Positions 1-8,169 of a stretch of 64,000 bases of DNA are shown here, one piece after another. The position numbers and the translations under genes are program-made. The stretch comes from a virus (lineage: Duplodnaviria > Caudoviricetes). The notes under the pieces are model-generated. The model saw only the letters and a list, made by a program, of their open reading frames with translations, was not told where the DNA came from and did not search any database. The stretch spans positions 6,131 through 70,130 of IMG/VR virus record IMGVR_UViG_2597489885_000001. One strand, 5' to 3'. Numbering within the stretch: the stretch's first letter is position 1; each line of letters starts with the position of its first letter.

Positions 1-277
1 GCATGCCGTCCGGCAGGTCCGCCAGCTCAAGAACGAACTCGGGCGAGGCCTTCAGCAGGCCACGGTTGCCGCCGTGGAAAAGGTCGCGAAGCGCAAGTTC
101 GGCAAGCAAGGCTTTCGACCGCTCAAGGCCTGGTGCGCAGCCAATGGCGTGCAAGCGCCCAAAGTCCACGATCCGCGTTATGGCTGGGTTCGTTCCTGGC
201 CCGCTGCCGCGTGGATGGACGTTTACCAAATTGACCTGGCAGACCTGTTTGGCGCCGATGGAGATTCGCATGAGTAA
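1..277 (+). CDS. Phage antirepressor-like protein, C-terminal part (5'-truncated)
   Basis: Frame open from base 2: ...ELGRGLQQATVAAVEKVAKRKF...PLKAWCAANG...DPRYGWVRSWPAAAW, typical of BRO/Rha-type antirepressor C-termini. Confidence 0.55.
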   Translation, partial: HAVRQVRQLKNELGRGLQQATVAAVEKVAKRKFGKQGFRPLKAWCAANGVQAPKVHDPRYGWVRSWPAAAWMDVYQIDLADLFGADGDSHE

Positions 278-647
278 GAAACCCTCCAATCACCAGCTCG
301 TTGGTCGTGTCGCTTACCTGTCCATTGAGTGGTATCGGGCCCAGACCATCGCCAAAGCATGCCGAGCTCAATTGAACGATGAGTACTTCCGCTACTTCCA
401 GGTTAACGGCGAGCCAGAACCCAACCGTCGCGGCATCCGTGTCGATGATCCGCGCTATGAGGGCGTGATTAATTTCACGAATGCAGCCTACGAGCGCCTG
501 GTCGCGGCTCAGCGGCAGAAGAACAACGCCAAGCGCCGCCTGGAAACGGCTATCCGTGCACTGATGGCCTTCTCTGGTGACACGGTGCAGGTGCCAAAGA
601 AGCCCTATGTCGCTCGCGCCAATATCCATGGGGAGACCCTGCAATGA
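270..647 (+). CDS. Conserved phage hypothetical protein
   Basis: ATG at 270 after GGAG overlaps the previous stop; MSKKPSNHQLVGRV...; overlaps the next start. Confidence 0.7.
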   Translation: MSKKPSNHQLVGRVAYLSIEWYRAQTIAKACRAQLNDEYFRYFQVNGEPEPNRRGIRVDDPRYEGVINFTNAAYERLVAAQRQKNNAKRRLETAIRALMAFSGDTVQVPKKPYVARANIHGETLQ

Positions 648-1060
648 CTACTCAACCATCCGAACTGTTCGACGCGAATCCGGAACCAGAACTGCCCCCG
701 AATTGGCTGAACGTGGTGGCCCGCAAGAAGCTTGGCCAGCCCCAGGAATGGCGCTGGTGCAAATTCGAAATGATCGGCGACACCGACGACTGCGTGGTGG
801 AGGGCGGCATCCCTAGGCTGCTGCTGAGTGGCAGGCGCAAGGGGCAAGCGACTTGGCGCGACTGCGAGCTGACCAAGTGCGTCGTCACCAAGGCCGAGTA
901 TGACCAGGCCAAGGTCGACTACGAGGTCGAGACAGGGAAGTGCCACGACTGCGCCGGGTCTCGACTACGGCTGGACGGCTGGAGTGCTGACACTGGCAAC
1001 CGCTTCAAGCCGTGCTTGCGCTGCAATGCTACTGGAAAGGCTCCGGAGGTGACGCAATGA
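644..1060 (+). CDS. Hypothetical protein with CxxC pairs (zinc-finger-like)
   Basis: CHDC...CLRC motifs; ATGA-coupled to neighbours. Confidence 0.7.
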   Translation: MTTQPSELFDANPEPELPPNWLNVVARKKLGQPQEWRWCKFEMIGDTDDCVVEGGIPRLLLSGRRKGQATWRDCELTKCVVTKAEYDQAKVDYEVETGKCHDCAGSRLRLDGWSADTGNRFKPCLRCNATGKAPEVTQ

Positions 1061-1527
1061 CCGCGCAAACCATCAAGGGGCTTGTGCCGGCCTGGATGCT
1101 TCCCAGCGCCCCGCACGAAAAGGCGCTGCCTGAGAACAAGAGCTTTGCCGAGTCATTCGTTATCGCTCGAGCTCAAGCAGGTTTAACCCAGCGCGAGCTC
1201 GCGGCAAAGGTCGGTGTTTCTCTGTCTCAGATCTGCCGTTACGAGCTGGGGATTTCCAGGCCAAGACCGCGGGTGCTGCTCGCCCTTGCCGAGGTGTTCG
1301 GCAAGACCACATCGCCTCATGCCCCCCCCCAGGAGGCCCGTACAGCCACGATCGTGACCGGACCCTGGCCGAGCTATGCCCAGTTCAAGGATCTGCCCGA
1401 GCGCGAGCGGTGGGTGCTTTACGGTTCGGCCAAGGCCTACCGCGAGTCGCTGGAAACCCAGAGGTTCGCCATGGCCGAGAGCTACGACGACTTCATCAGC
1501 CGTGTGTGCCGGGAGCTTGAGCTATGA
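1057..1527 (+). CDS. XRE-family helix-turn-helix protein
   Basis: ARAQAGLTQRELAAKVGVSLSQICRYELG HTH_3 signature. Confidence 0.8.
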   Translation: MTAQTIKGLVPAWMLPSAPHEKALPENKSFAESFVIARAQAGLTQRELAAKVGVSLSQICRYELGISRPRPRVLLALAEVFGKTTSPHAPPQEARTATIVTGPWPSYAQFKDLPERERWVLYGSAKAYRESLETQRFAMAESYDDFISRVCRELEL

Positions 1528-1949
1528 GCAGCACATACGGGTTCATCTACATCATGGGCAGCGAGGCGATGCCTGGGGTCTACAAAGTCGGCATGACGGC
1601 CTACTCACCTCGACGCCGCGCCATTGAGTTGTCCCGCGGAACTGGCGTTCCTGCTGAGTATCAGGTGCTCTTTTATGGTGAACATGACAACGCTCTAGCC
1701 TGGGAGCAACTGGTACATACCGCGCTGGCTGATCGGCGCGTTTCTGACAATCGGGAGTTCTTCCGGGGGCCGCTGGCCGACATTATTCGCACCATTTCCG
1801 GGGATGGCGAGTTGCTTTCCGAGTGGCTTTCGGATGAATCGAAAGAGGCGTTGGAGCCGGGCTGTATGAGTTCGCAGCAGCCGCTCTGGTTTGAACAGAA
1901 CCTGCATAGCCCAGGTTACATCGAGCGGGCTCGGAGGGGGCAACTGTGA
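1524..1949 (+). CDS. GIY-YIG nuclease family protein (T5orf172-like)
   Basis: YGFIYIM...YKVGMT...E..VH..L...RV..NREFF motif. Confidence 0.8.
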   Translation: MSSTYGFIYIMGSEAMPGVYKVGMTAYSPRRRAIELSRGTGVPAEYQVLFYGEHDNALAWEQLVHTALADRRVSDNREFFRGPLADIIRTISGDGELLSEWLSDESKEALEPGCMSSQQPLWFEQNLHSPGYIERARRGQL

Positions 1950-2734
1950 GCAATGCAGTCAATGTGGAAAAGGCCACGCCGACGATCTTCTATGCCAAGC
2001 AGGCGCCCTACAGCTCGGTCAGCAACGACGTTGTGGCCATGATTATCAACCCAGATGCCCTGGCTATCTGGACTTACCTACAGACCCGCTCCAGCGATTG
2101 GAAGGTGATCGGGTCGCACCTGCAGGACAGGTTCTCGATTGGTCGCGAGCGTTATTCGAAGGCCATGGCGTGCCTCAAGGACCTGGGGCTGGTTAGCCAT
2201 GAAGTCGTGCGCGAGGAGGGTACCGGCAAGGTGCTTGGCCGCCGTGTAATCGTCCACTACGAACCGAACCTACAGGTTTCCGAATATTCGGTTAACCGAA
2301 GTGTGGGTTTACCGAACTGTGGGGAAACCGACAACTACTTAATAAAGGATTCTATTACTCAATCAATAGAGAAAGAACCAACGGTCGCTAACGCTCCCTC
2401 GGCGTCGAAGAAGAAGGCTTCGAAGTTTGATCCGCAGACAGCCCGGCCGGAAAACGTGTCACCCAAAGCCTGGGCTGATTGGTGCCAGCACCGCAAGGAG
2501 ATCCGCAAGCCACTCACCGCCAAGAGCTGCGAGCAGCAGGCCGAGGCGCTAAAGGGCCATTGCGATCCGGACAAGGTGCTGGCCACGTCGATATCCAACG
2601 GCTGGACAGGGATTTTCCCGGAAAAAGTGCTGCCAGGTGCTGGCGCCAAGAACGGCAAACCTTCCGCCTTCACCAACCTGCCGAACCACACACCCGACAT
2701 GTACCAGGAGACGCCCAATGGCCCCGCATTCTAA
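1946..2734 (+). CDS. Phage replication initiator (lambda O-like)
   Basis: N-terminal HTH-like region, C-terminal AWADWCQHRKEIRKPLT...SISNGWTGIF motif; internal iterons. Confidence 0.8.
   Translation: MSNAVNVEKATPTIFYAKQAPYSSVSNDVVAMIINPDALAIWTYLQTRSSDWKVIGSHLQDRFSIGRERYSKAMACLKDLGLVSHEVVREEGTGKVLGRRVIVHYEPNLQVSEYSVNRSVGLPNCGETDNYLIKDSITQSIEKEPTVANAPSASKKKASKFDPQTARPENVSPKAWADWCQHRKEIRKPLTAKSCEQQAEALKGHCDPDKVLATSISNGWTGIFPEKVLPGAGAKNGKPSAFTNLPNHTPDMYQETPNGPAF
2263..2375. repeat. Putative phage origin: five 16-bp-period iterons followed by an AT-rich tract
   Basis: (A/T)CCGA(A/C) at 2263, 2279, 2295, 2311, 2327, then AT-rich 2333-2375, inside the initiator gene as in lambda O. Confidence 0.7.
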
Positions 2735-3524
2735 TTTCTACCGCCTGCCGGCCGTCCGCACCGTGTCGATGGTCTGCCCGGTTCCGGATCATGACCGCGT
2801 TGAGTGCTCGGAGGTCGAGCAGTTCGACGGCACCTGGGTTTCCCAGGGCTGCCCGCGGTGCCGGTGGGAGGCGCTGCATACCTCGCCAGTCGATAGCGAG
2901 CGGCGCGCCCAGGCAAAGGCACTGCTGCGCGCTGAGGGCCTGAACCTGCTGCTGATCGGCTCGGGCATCACCCCGCGCTTTGCTGATCGCTCGTTCGACA
3001 ACTTCATCACCAATGCCGAGACCGCCAAGGTGCAGGCGCTGCACAAGTGCCAGAGCTACGCGGATAACTTCGGCGAGCACTTCGAGGCTGGGCGCAACCT
3101 GCTGCTGACCGGCAATGTCGGCAACGGTAAGACCCATCTGGCCTGCAGCATCGCCCAGCAGGTGATCCGCCAGCATAAAGCCGTAGCGGTGATCACGTCG
3201 GCCGCGGAGATCATCCGGGTGTTCAAGGGCGCCATGGAGCGCGGCGCCGGATACACCGATCGCGACGTGCTGGCCGAGCTGGCCGGTTTCGACCTGCTGA
3301 TCATCGACGAGGTGGGCGCCCAGGCCGGGACGGCTTTCGAGCTGGCCATGCTGCATGAGGTGATCGACCGTCGGTACAACCTGATCAGGCCCACGGTGGT
3401 GATCTCCAACCTGAACCCCAAGGCGCTGGAGCAGTACATCGGCGAGCGTGCCCTGGATCGCCTGCGGGAGAACGGTTCCCTGCTGGCCGGCTTCACCTGG
3501 GCCTCTGCGCGAGGTGCAGCATGA
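2718..3524 (+). CDS. DnaC/IstB-like ATPase (helicase loader)
   Basis: Walker A GNVGNGKTHLA, Walker B LLIIDEVG, ISNL...DRL motif. Confidence 0.9.
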   Translation: MAPHSNFYRLPAVRTVSMVCPVPDHDRVECSEVEQFDGTWVSQGCPRCRWEALHTSPVDSERRAQAKALLRAEGLNLLLIGSGITPRFADRSFDNFITNAETAKVQALHKCQSYADNFGEHFEAGRNLLLTGNVGNGKTHLACSIAQQVIRQHKAVAVITSAAEIIRVFKGAMERGAGYTDRDVLAELAGFDLLIIDEVGAQAGTAFELAMLHEVIDRRYNLIRPTVVISNLNPKALEQYIGERALDRLRENGSLLAGFTWASARGAA

Positions 3525-4918
3525 ACCAGTTCCGCGAGCTGTACCTTCCTGAGGCTGAGCAGGGTGTGTTGGGGGCAATCCTGCTGGCTTCGCTCGATGG
3601 CGACGCCGCGCTGGCGCAGGACATTGTTTCGCAAATGACCTCGGCGGACTTCTACCACCTGGATAACGCCGCGCTGTTCGATGCGATCGGTGATTGCCTG
3701 GCTCGGGATATGCCGGTCGACCCGGTAACGGTGGGCGTGGTCCAGCGACTGCTGCCGAGTGGCGAGACCACCATGGCCTATGCCGCCGAAATCACCAATA
3801 ACGTGCCCAGCACTGCCAACTGGAGGGCCTACGCCCAGCAGGTCAAGAAGTGGGCCGTGATCCGCCAGATCATCGACGTGGGGCGGATCACGCACGAAGG
3901 TGTCGCGGATGATCTGCCGGCGGACGAGATTATCGCCACCGCCCAGCAGGCCCTGGCCGACCTTCGAGACCTGCAGGATGCTGGCGCCAACTACAAGCGG
4001 CTGAGCGACGTGGTACCGAAGGTGCTCGATGCCATGGACGACGCTGTAAACGATCGAGCACCGCCCAAGCTGTCGACCGGTCTGGTGGACCTGGACAAGC
4101 TGATCGGATACCTACGCCCGAAAACCATGGTCGTGATCGGTGGGCGCCCTGGCAGCGGCAAGACGATGCTGGCCTTGCAGATCATGCAGAGCGTGACGGT
4201 CGCCGGCGGTGGCACTGGCCTGATCTTCAGCCTGGAAATGGCCGAGGAAGAGCTTTGCGTCCGTAGCATCGCATCCTTGGGCGGGGTTGACCTGCGCCGG
4301 ATGGAGAACGCCAAGGATCTTGACGCCGAGGAGTGGAGTCGGGTCGGCGTTGCGGTCGGCAAGATAAAGCAGGCCGAGATCTACATCAACGATACCCCGG
4401 GCCTGGGCATGCGACAGATTCGCAGCATCGCCCGCGAGGTCAAGCGCGACCACAACCTGAGCATCATGATGGTCGACTACGTGGGGCTGGTGGGCAGCGA
4501 CGGCGGTGCCTTCAACCGGACGGATGCAGTCGGCAAGATCTCGACCGCCCTGAAGAACCTCAGCAAGGAGCTCGGTATCCCGATCCTGGTGCTGGCGCAA
4601 CTGAACCGGAATCCCACCAGCAGGGTCGGCAAGAAGCCTCAGGCCAGTGACCTGCGTGACTCCGGCCAGATCGAGCAGGACGCCGATGCGGTGTTACTGG
4701 TGCATCACGACCCTGAATCCGAGGCCGGCCAGAACGGCGTCACCGAGATCATTCTCGACAAAGGCCGACAGGCTCCGGTGGGGTTCTGCCGAGTGCAGCG
4801 ACAGGGCCAGTACGCCCGCTTTGTCGATCTGGTCGGGTACCACGCCTTCAGTGACGAGGAGGTCGAAATGAATCGCCCCTTCGCCAACACCTACAAGGGG
4901 AGAAAGGATCATGCATAA
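3521..4918 (+). CDS. Phage-encoded DnaB-like replicative helicase
   Basis: EAEQGVLGAILL N-terminus, GGRPGSGKT, FSLEM, LAQLNR, DLRDSGQIEQDAD. Confidence 0.95.
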   Translation: MNQFRELYLPEAEQGVLGAILLASLDGDAALAQDIVSQMTSADFYHLDNAALFDAIGDCLARDMPVDPVTVGVVQRLLPSGETTMAYAAEITNNVPSTANWRAYAQQVKKWAVIRQIIDVGRITHEGVADDLPADEIIATAQQALADLRDLQDAGANYKRLSDVVPKVLDAMDDAVNDRAPPKLSTGLVDLDKLIGYLRPKTMVVIGGRPGSGKTMLALQIMQSVTVAGGGTGLIFSLEMAEEELCVRSIASLGGVDLRRMENAKDLDAEEWSRVGVAVGKIKQAEIYINDTPGLGMRQIRSIAREVKRDHNLSIMMVDYVGLVGSDGGAFNRTDAVGKISTALKNLSKELGIPILVLAQLNRNPTSRVGKKPQASDLRDSGQIEQDADAVLLVHHDPESEAGQNGVTEIILDKGRQAPVGFCRVQRQGQYARFVDLVGYHAFSDEEVEMNRPFANTYKGRKDHA

Positions 4919-5102
4919 CCCCGTCGTGATGACCACCAGGGTGTTAGATCGGGGCCTGAACTACCCGGCGCGCACATTGACCGGCGTTAGATTCGGAGAT
5001 TCACAGAATCGCCTACAGGCCGTATCCGGAAAGGGCTTCGGGCCTATTCCGAAAACAACCATACGCGAGGTTTCAAAATCATTATGGAGTGCCGCTCGAT
5101 GA
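4911..5102 (+). CDS. Small hypothetical protein
   Basis: 63-aa ORF overlapping both neighbours; no motif recognised. Confidence 0.4.
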   Translation: MHNPVVMTTRVLDRGLNYPARTLTGVRFGDSQNRLQAVSGKGFGPIPKTTIREVSKSLWSAAR

Positions 5103-5383
5103 ACTACGTAACCGCGGCACTGCCGCGCAAGAACCTGACCGAGGTGGAGCGCAAGTTCCTCAAGGTCGGAAACCGCATGCTGCTGGAACAGACCAATGGC
5201 CGCATTGGCTCGGCGGCGCTCATGGATATCGTGGCCGACTGGCACGGTTCCCGGGCAAGTGTCGGCTTTGAGCAGTTCGCCAAGAACTGGATCGCCGAGG
5301 GCAACGCCAAGAACAAGATCGCCGACAAGCTGCTCCGGGAGTTGTTCGGCATGGATGGACCGAAACCGAGGAAAGCGGCATGA
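5099..5383 (+). CDS. Conserved phage hypothetical protein
   Basis: GGAG RBS, ATG at 5099, coupled to Q. Confidence 0.7.
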   Translation: MNYVTAALPRKNLTEVERKFLKVGNRMLLEQTNGRIGSAALMDIVADWHGSRASVGFEQFAKNWIAEGNAKNKIADKLLRELFGMDGPKPRKAA

Positions 5384-5763
5384 ATACGAGAAAGCCGGCA
5401 CGTTTGCCGCTGGGCGACACTGAGTACATGCTTGAGCAGTGGGGGTTCTGGCGCCTGGATGGGATGGGGGTTCCAAGCTACGTTTCGCCTGCCTGGGCGA
5501 TCATGCGTGACGTGACCCCGTCATCAAGCAAGTCCTACGTCATTACCGACGAACTTGCAGCGGTGGTGGATGGGGCTGTTGCACGGCTGTGCAAGCGAGA
5601 TCCGCAAATGGGGGACTTCGTCTGGCTCTACTACGCAGCGAAGTGGCCAGCCAAGCGCATTGGGACCAAGCACGACATGAGCGAGGCTAGCGCCAGGCAA
5701 CTGATCAAGACTGGCGTAGGCTGGATTGATTGCGCGCTTGAGCGATTTCGTGAGGCAGCGTAA
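5380..5763 (+). CDS. Late-gene antiterminator Q
   Basis: LEQWG.W...ITDE.A..VD.AVARL...GVGWID pattern; position just upstream of promoter and terminator. Confidence 0.85.
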   Translation: MNTRKPARLPLGDTEYMLEQWGFWRLDGMGVPSYVSPAWAIMRDVTPSSSKSYVITDELAAVVDGAVARLCKRDPQMGDFVWLYYAAKWPAKRIGTKHDMSEASARQLIKTGVGWIDCALERFREAA

Positions 5764-5770
5764 AAAATAG

Positions 5771-5815
5771 TTGCACGCGCGGAATAGCCTTGATTTCATG
5801 GCACGGTGTTCAGCT
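5771..5815 (+). promoter_or_regulatory. Putative late promoter pR'/qut region
   Basis: TTGCAC -35-like hexamer immediately after the Q stop, followed by a terminator; -10 element poor. Confidence 0.45.
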
Positions 5816-5837
5816 TTTCAAGCACGACACCAAAGAG

Positions 5838-5866
5838 AAAGCCCGGCCATTGAGTCGGGCTTTTTT
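5838..5866 (+). terminator. Intrinsic terminator (tR'-like)
   Basis: AAAGCCCG-gccattgagt-CGGGCTTTTTT. Confidence 0.85.
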
Positions 5867-5875
5867 ATGCCTATC

Positions 5876-5972
5876 GCTTGGGTAGCTCAGTTGGTTAGAG
5901 CGCTCGGCCTGGTGCTGATGCACCGGTGTACGTGCTGAGAGGTCGGCGGTTCAACTCCGTCACCAAGCATCA
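5876..5972 (+). ncRNA. tRNA-like RNA (or pseudo-tRNA) with an expanded 27-nt anticodon loop
   Basis: Acceptor GCTTGGG/ACCAAGC (6/7 paired), D-arm GCTC-AGTTGGTTA-GAGC, stem CTCGG/CTGAG, variable AGGTC, T-arm GGCGG-TTCAACT-CCGTC, ends A-TCA. Confidence 0.75.
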
Positions 5973-5978
5973 ATTCCA

Positions 5979-6003
5979 AGACCCCGCCATCGAGCGGGGT
6001 TTT
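5979..6003 (+). terminator. Intrinsic terminator after the tRNA-like element
   Basis: AGACCCCGC-catcga-GCGGGGTTTT. Confidence 0.75.
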
Positions 6004-6022
6004 CTGTTTCTGGAGCACAGCA

Positions 6023-6655
6023 ATGCAGAGTCCTGACTTCGTTGAAGGTGTATCTGGCTGGCGGTTGAGCAAGGATCGCCTCGAGCTGTACGGCATGGCT
6101 ACCCCGGTAATCCTGGGCAGGCTCGATGCGCCTGAGCCAGAGAACGGTTCGGCCAGTGATCAGCCAAAGCCCTTCATCGTGGTCGATGGCGTGACCTACA
6201 TCAGCGAGGCCGAAGTAGAGCGCGCATCGATCACCAACGCGAAGATCGTAGCCGGGCTTGCAGAGCCGATCCGGCAGGGCGGCTTTTTCTCTGGCGGCTA
6301 CACCGGCGACGGCCCTGAGAATGGTTCGGGGGTGATTGCTCCGGGCACCGACAGGCTGTCCGATATGTGGTCCGTGAAAATGGAAGCCACGGCTGACGGG
6401 AAATATGTCGCCTCTGGCCTTGGGCTCGGAATCGAATCCCAGTTCCTGGTGGACGCTGGCCGCTTGGCAATCAATAACTCTGCCGAGAATGCCCCGCAGC
6501 CTGGTGATGCGCTGAAGGCTGGCGGCGTGACCTCAATGCTCGACGCCATGGCCAGCACGATCAGCGAAACATCACTCGGCAAGGATCTCGCCGCCCAGAT
6601 CCACGATGTTCTCCGCGCCGAGCTCAAGCAGGGCGGCATGCTGTACCGCGGCTGA
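6023..6655 (+). CDS. Hypothetical protein composed of tail-tip J/DUF1983-like motifs
   Basis: MWSVKM...GLGLGIE...SQFLVDAGRLAI, PFIVVDG and ISETSLGKDL segments align by eye with gpJ of this window. Confidence 0.75.
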   Translation: MQSPDFVEGVSGWRLSKDRLELYGMATPVILGRLDAPEPENGSASDQPKPFIVVDGVTYISEAEVERASITNAKIVAGLAEPIRQGGFFSGGYTGDGPENGSGVIAPGTDRLSDMWSVKMEATADGKYVASGLGLGIESQFLVDAGRLAINNSAENAPQPGDALKAGGVTSMLDAMASTISETSLGKDLAAQIHDVLRAELKQGGMLYRG

Positions 6656-6688
6656 TCACCCCCAACAATTGAAAATGGAGCAAAACCA

Positions 6689-7063
6689 ATGGCCGAACCG
6701 AGCGCCGGCGTGATGGCGGGTACGGCCGTTGTGGGCATGACCACCGCGAGCCTGATCCCTGGTGTAGATGTGAATGCAGTTGTCGGCGCTTTCGCCGGCG
6801 CCATGTTCTTCGTGGTGTTCGCGAAAGAGCTTACTGCCTGGGCACGGCTCGGCTACTTCATCGCTTCCTGGGTGGCCGGCTACTACGTCGCTATCGAAGT
6901 GATGGGCCGGGAGATTGCGAAGGCTTCCGGCCTGGCCGCCTTCTTCGGCGCCATGTTCTGTGTCGCAATCGGTATCAGCCTGCTGGAGTGGGTCGGTGGT
7001 GGAAAAATCCCCGGCTGGCTGCAATGGCTCCTCGATCTTCGTGGAGGTCGCCCAAATGGTTGA
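6689..7063 (+). CDS. Putative holin
   Basis: Multiple TM segments, AVVGAFAGAMFFVV motif, late-operon position. Confidence 0.75.
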   Translation: MAEPSAGVMAGTAVVGMTTASLIPGVDVNAVVGAFAGAMFFVVFAKELTAWARLGYFIASWVAGYYVAIEVMGREIAKASGLAAFFGAMFCVAIGISLLEWVGGGKIPGWLQWLLDLRGGRPNG

Positions 7064-7340
7064 TCCTTGGACTTTGATAGCGGGCGCGCTGTGTGGCGCG
7101 ATCTGCTTCCGCATTGCCGTCTACCGCCGTGATGGTGCCCGCTACCGTGCCGGCGTGTCCTGGCTGGCTTACCTGCTGGCCGTAGGTACTGGCTGCGAAT
7201 CACTGCAAATCACGCTGTCCGCACTGTTGGCCCAGCCTGCGCCGACGGTTTCGCCGTTCCTGCTGATGGTGCTGATTGTCCTGGTGGTGCTGGTGTACCG
7301 CGCCCGGGGAAACGTCGCCCGCATCCTGCGAATGGACTGA
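7056..7340 (+). CDS. Second holin/antiholin-like membrane protein
   Basis: 3 TM segments; YRRDGARYR.GVSWLAYLL and RARGNVARIL motifs. Confidence 0.75.
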   Translation: MVDPWTLIAGALCGAICFRIAVYRRDGARYRAGVSWLAYLLAVGTGCESLQITLSALLAQPAPTVSPFLLMVLIVLVVLVYRARGNVARILRMD

Positions 7341-7343
7341 GCC

Positions 7344-7640
7344 ATGGACTACGTCATCGGTGGTCGAGAGTACTCGGCGAGCTACCAGGAGCTGCGCGAG
7401 GAACACGCCCGCTTTGCCGGGATGACCGACAAGCGCTTCCTGAAGGAGCTGCCCGCGGCGCTGCACTTCGCTGTGTTCGTGTGCTGGTTCAAGGAGCTGC
7501 CGTCGAGCGTTGTCCTGTCGGATGAGGGGATCGTCCACCAGCTGGCCCACCTGATTCACCTGAAGGGCGAGCCGCTGGTGATGACCAGGCTTGGCGAGAT
7601 CCGCGAGCTGTTCAACAAGCAGCTGCAGCTTGCAGCGTAG
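7344..7640 (+). CDS. Conserved phage hypothetical protein
   Basis: 98-aa ORF with host-like codon usage. Confidence 0.7.
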   Translation: MDYVIGGREYSASYQELREEHARFAGMTDKRFLKELPAALHFAVFVCWFKELPSSVVLSDEGIVHQLAHLIHLKGEPLVMTRLGEIRELFNKQLQLAA

Positions 7641-7700
7641 GTCGCGACACGTTTCGCGAATCAACAATTTGTGTCGCGACACGCGGCAAAGGAGAAAGGC

Positions 7701-7988
7701 ATGAGCAGTGGTTACTCGAACCCGGTTTGCAGGGGTGCTATGGCGCTTGGCTCCGGGTGCGGTCGATGCGAGCGCTGTATTGCGAGCGCGTCGGTTACCC
7801 AGATGCGTATAGAGCCAACACTCGACGCCCCGCGCGTCAAGCCTGGCAGGCTGCTGATAGTGACTTTTCCACACCTCCTGACAGATGTGCAGCGGGAAAA
7901 GCAGCGCGCCGAACTCCAGTCTGCTGCTGATCATGCCGGCGCCCGCCTGCTGCTGGTCGATGGTGGCGCGACAGTGGAGATTGCGTAA
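7701..7988 (+). CDS. Hypothetical protein
   Basis: GGAG RBS, ATG at 7701; CxxCxxC at the N-terminus. Confidence 0.6.
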   Translation: MSSGYSNPVCRGAMALGSGCGRCERCIASASVTQMRIEPTLDAPRVKPGRLLIVTFPHLLTDVQREKQRAELQSAADHAGARLLLVDGGATVEIA

Positions 7989-8164
7989 TGAGCAGCACCA
8001 AGGCTGAGTACTACCAGATCAAGGGTGCGGTCACTGAGATGGCCGCCGAGGAGCAGGCTGAAGTGGCGCGGGTAGAGGCCCAGGTGATCGAGATCGCCAA
8101 GGCGTCCCAGTCTGCTGCGCTTGGCGTGATCCTGGCCACCATCAGGCTGTCCCTGGACGAGTGA
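7988..8164 (+). CDS. Small hypothetical protein (58 aa, below the ORF-track cutoff)
   Basis: MSSTKAEYYQIKGAVTEM...LSLDE*, TAATG overlap with the upstream gene. Confidence 0.6.
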   Translation: MSSTKAEYYQIKGAVTEMAAEEQAEVARVEAQVIEIAKASQSAALGVILATIRLSLDE

Positions 8165-8169
8165 CGGCC

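Noticed and set aside
1524-1949. GIY-YIG gene as an anti-phage defence system
   Set aside because: Single ORF translationally coupled within the replication operon; T5orf172-like genes are common there; no partner genes
3521-4918. DnaB as the host replicative helicase
   Set aside because: Embedded between the phage initiator/loader and Q with overlapping start and stop codons
5876-5972. tRNA-like element as the prophage attachment site or a normal decoding tRNA
   Set aside because: It is internal to the late operon, the att junction is in mutS, and no 7-nt anticodon loop can be assigned
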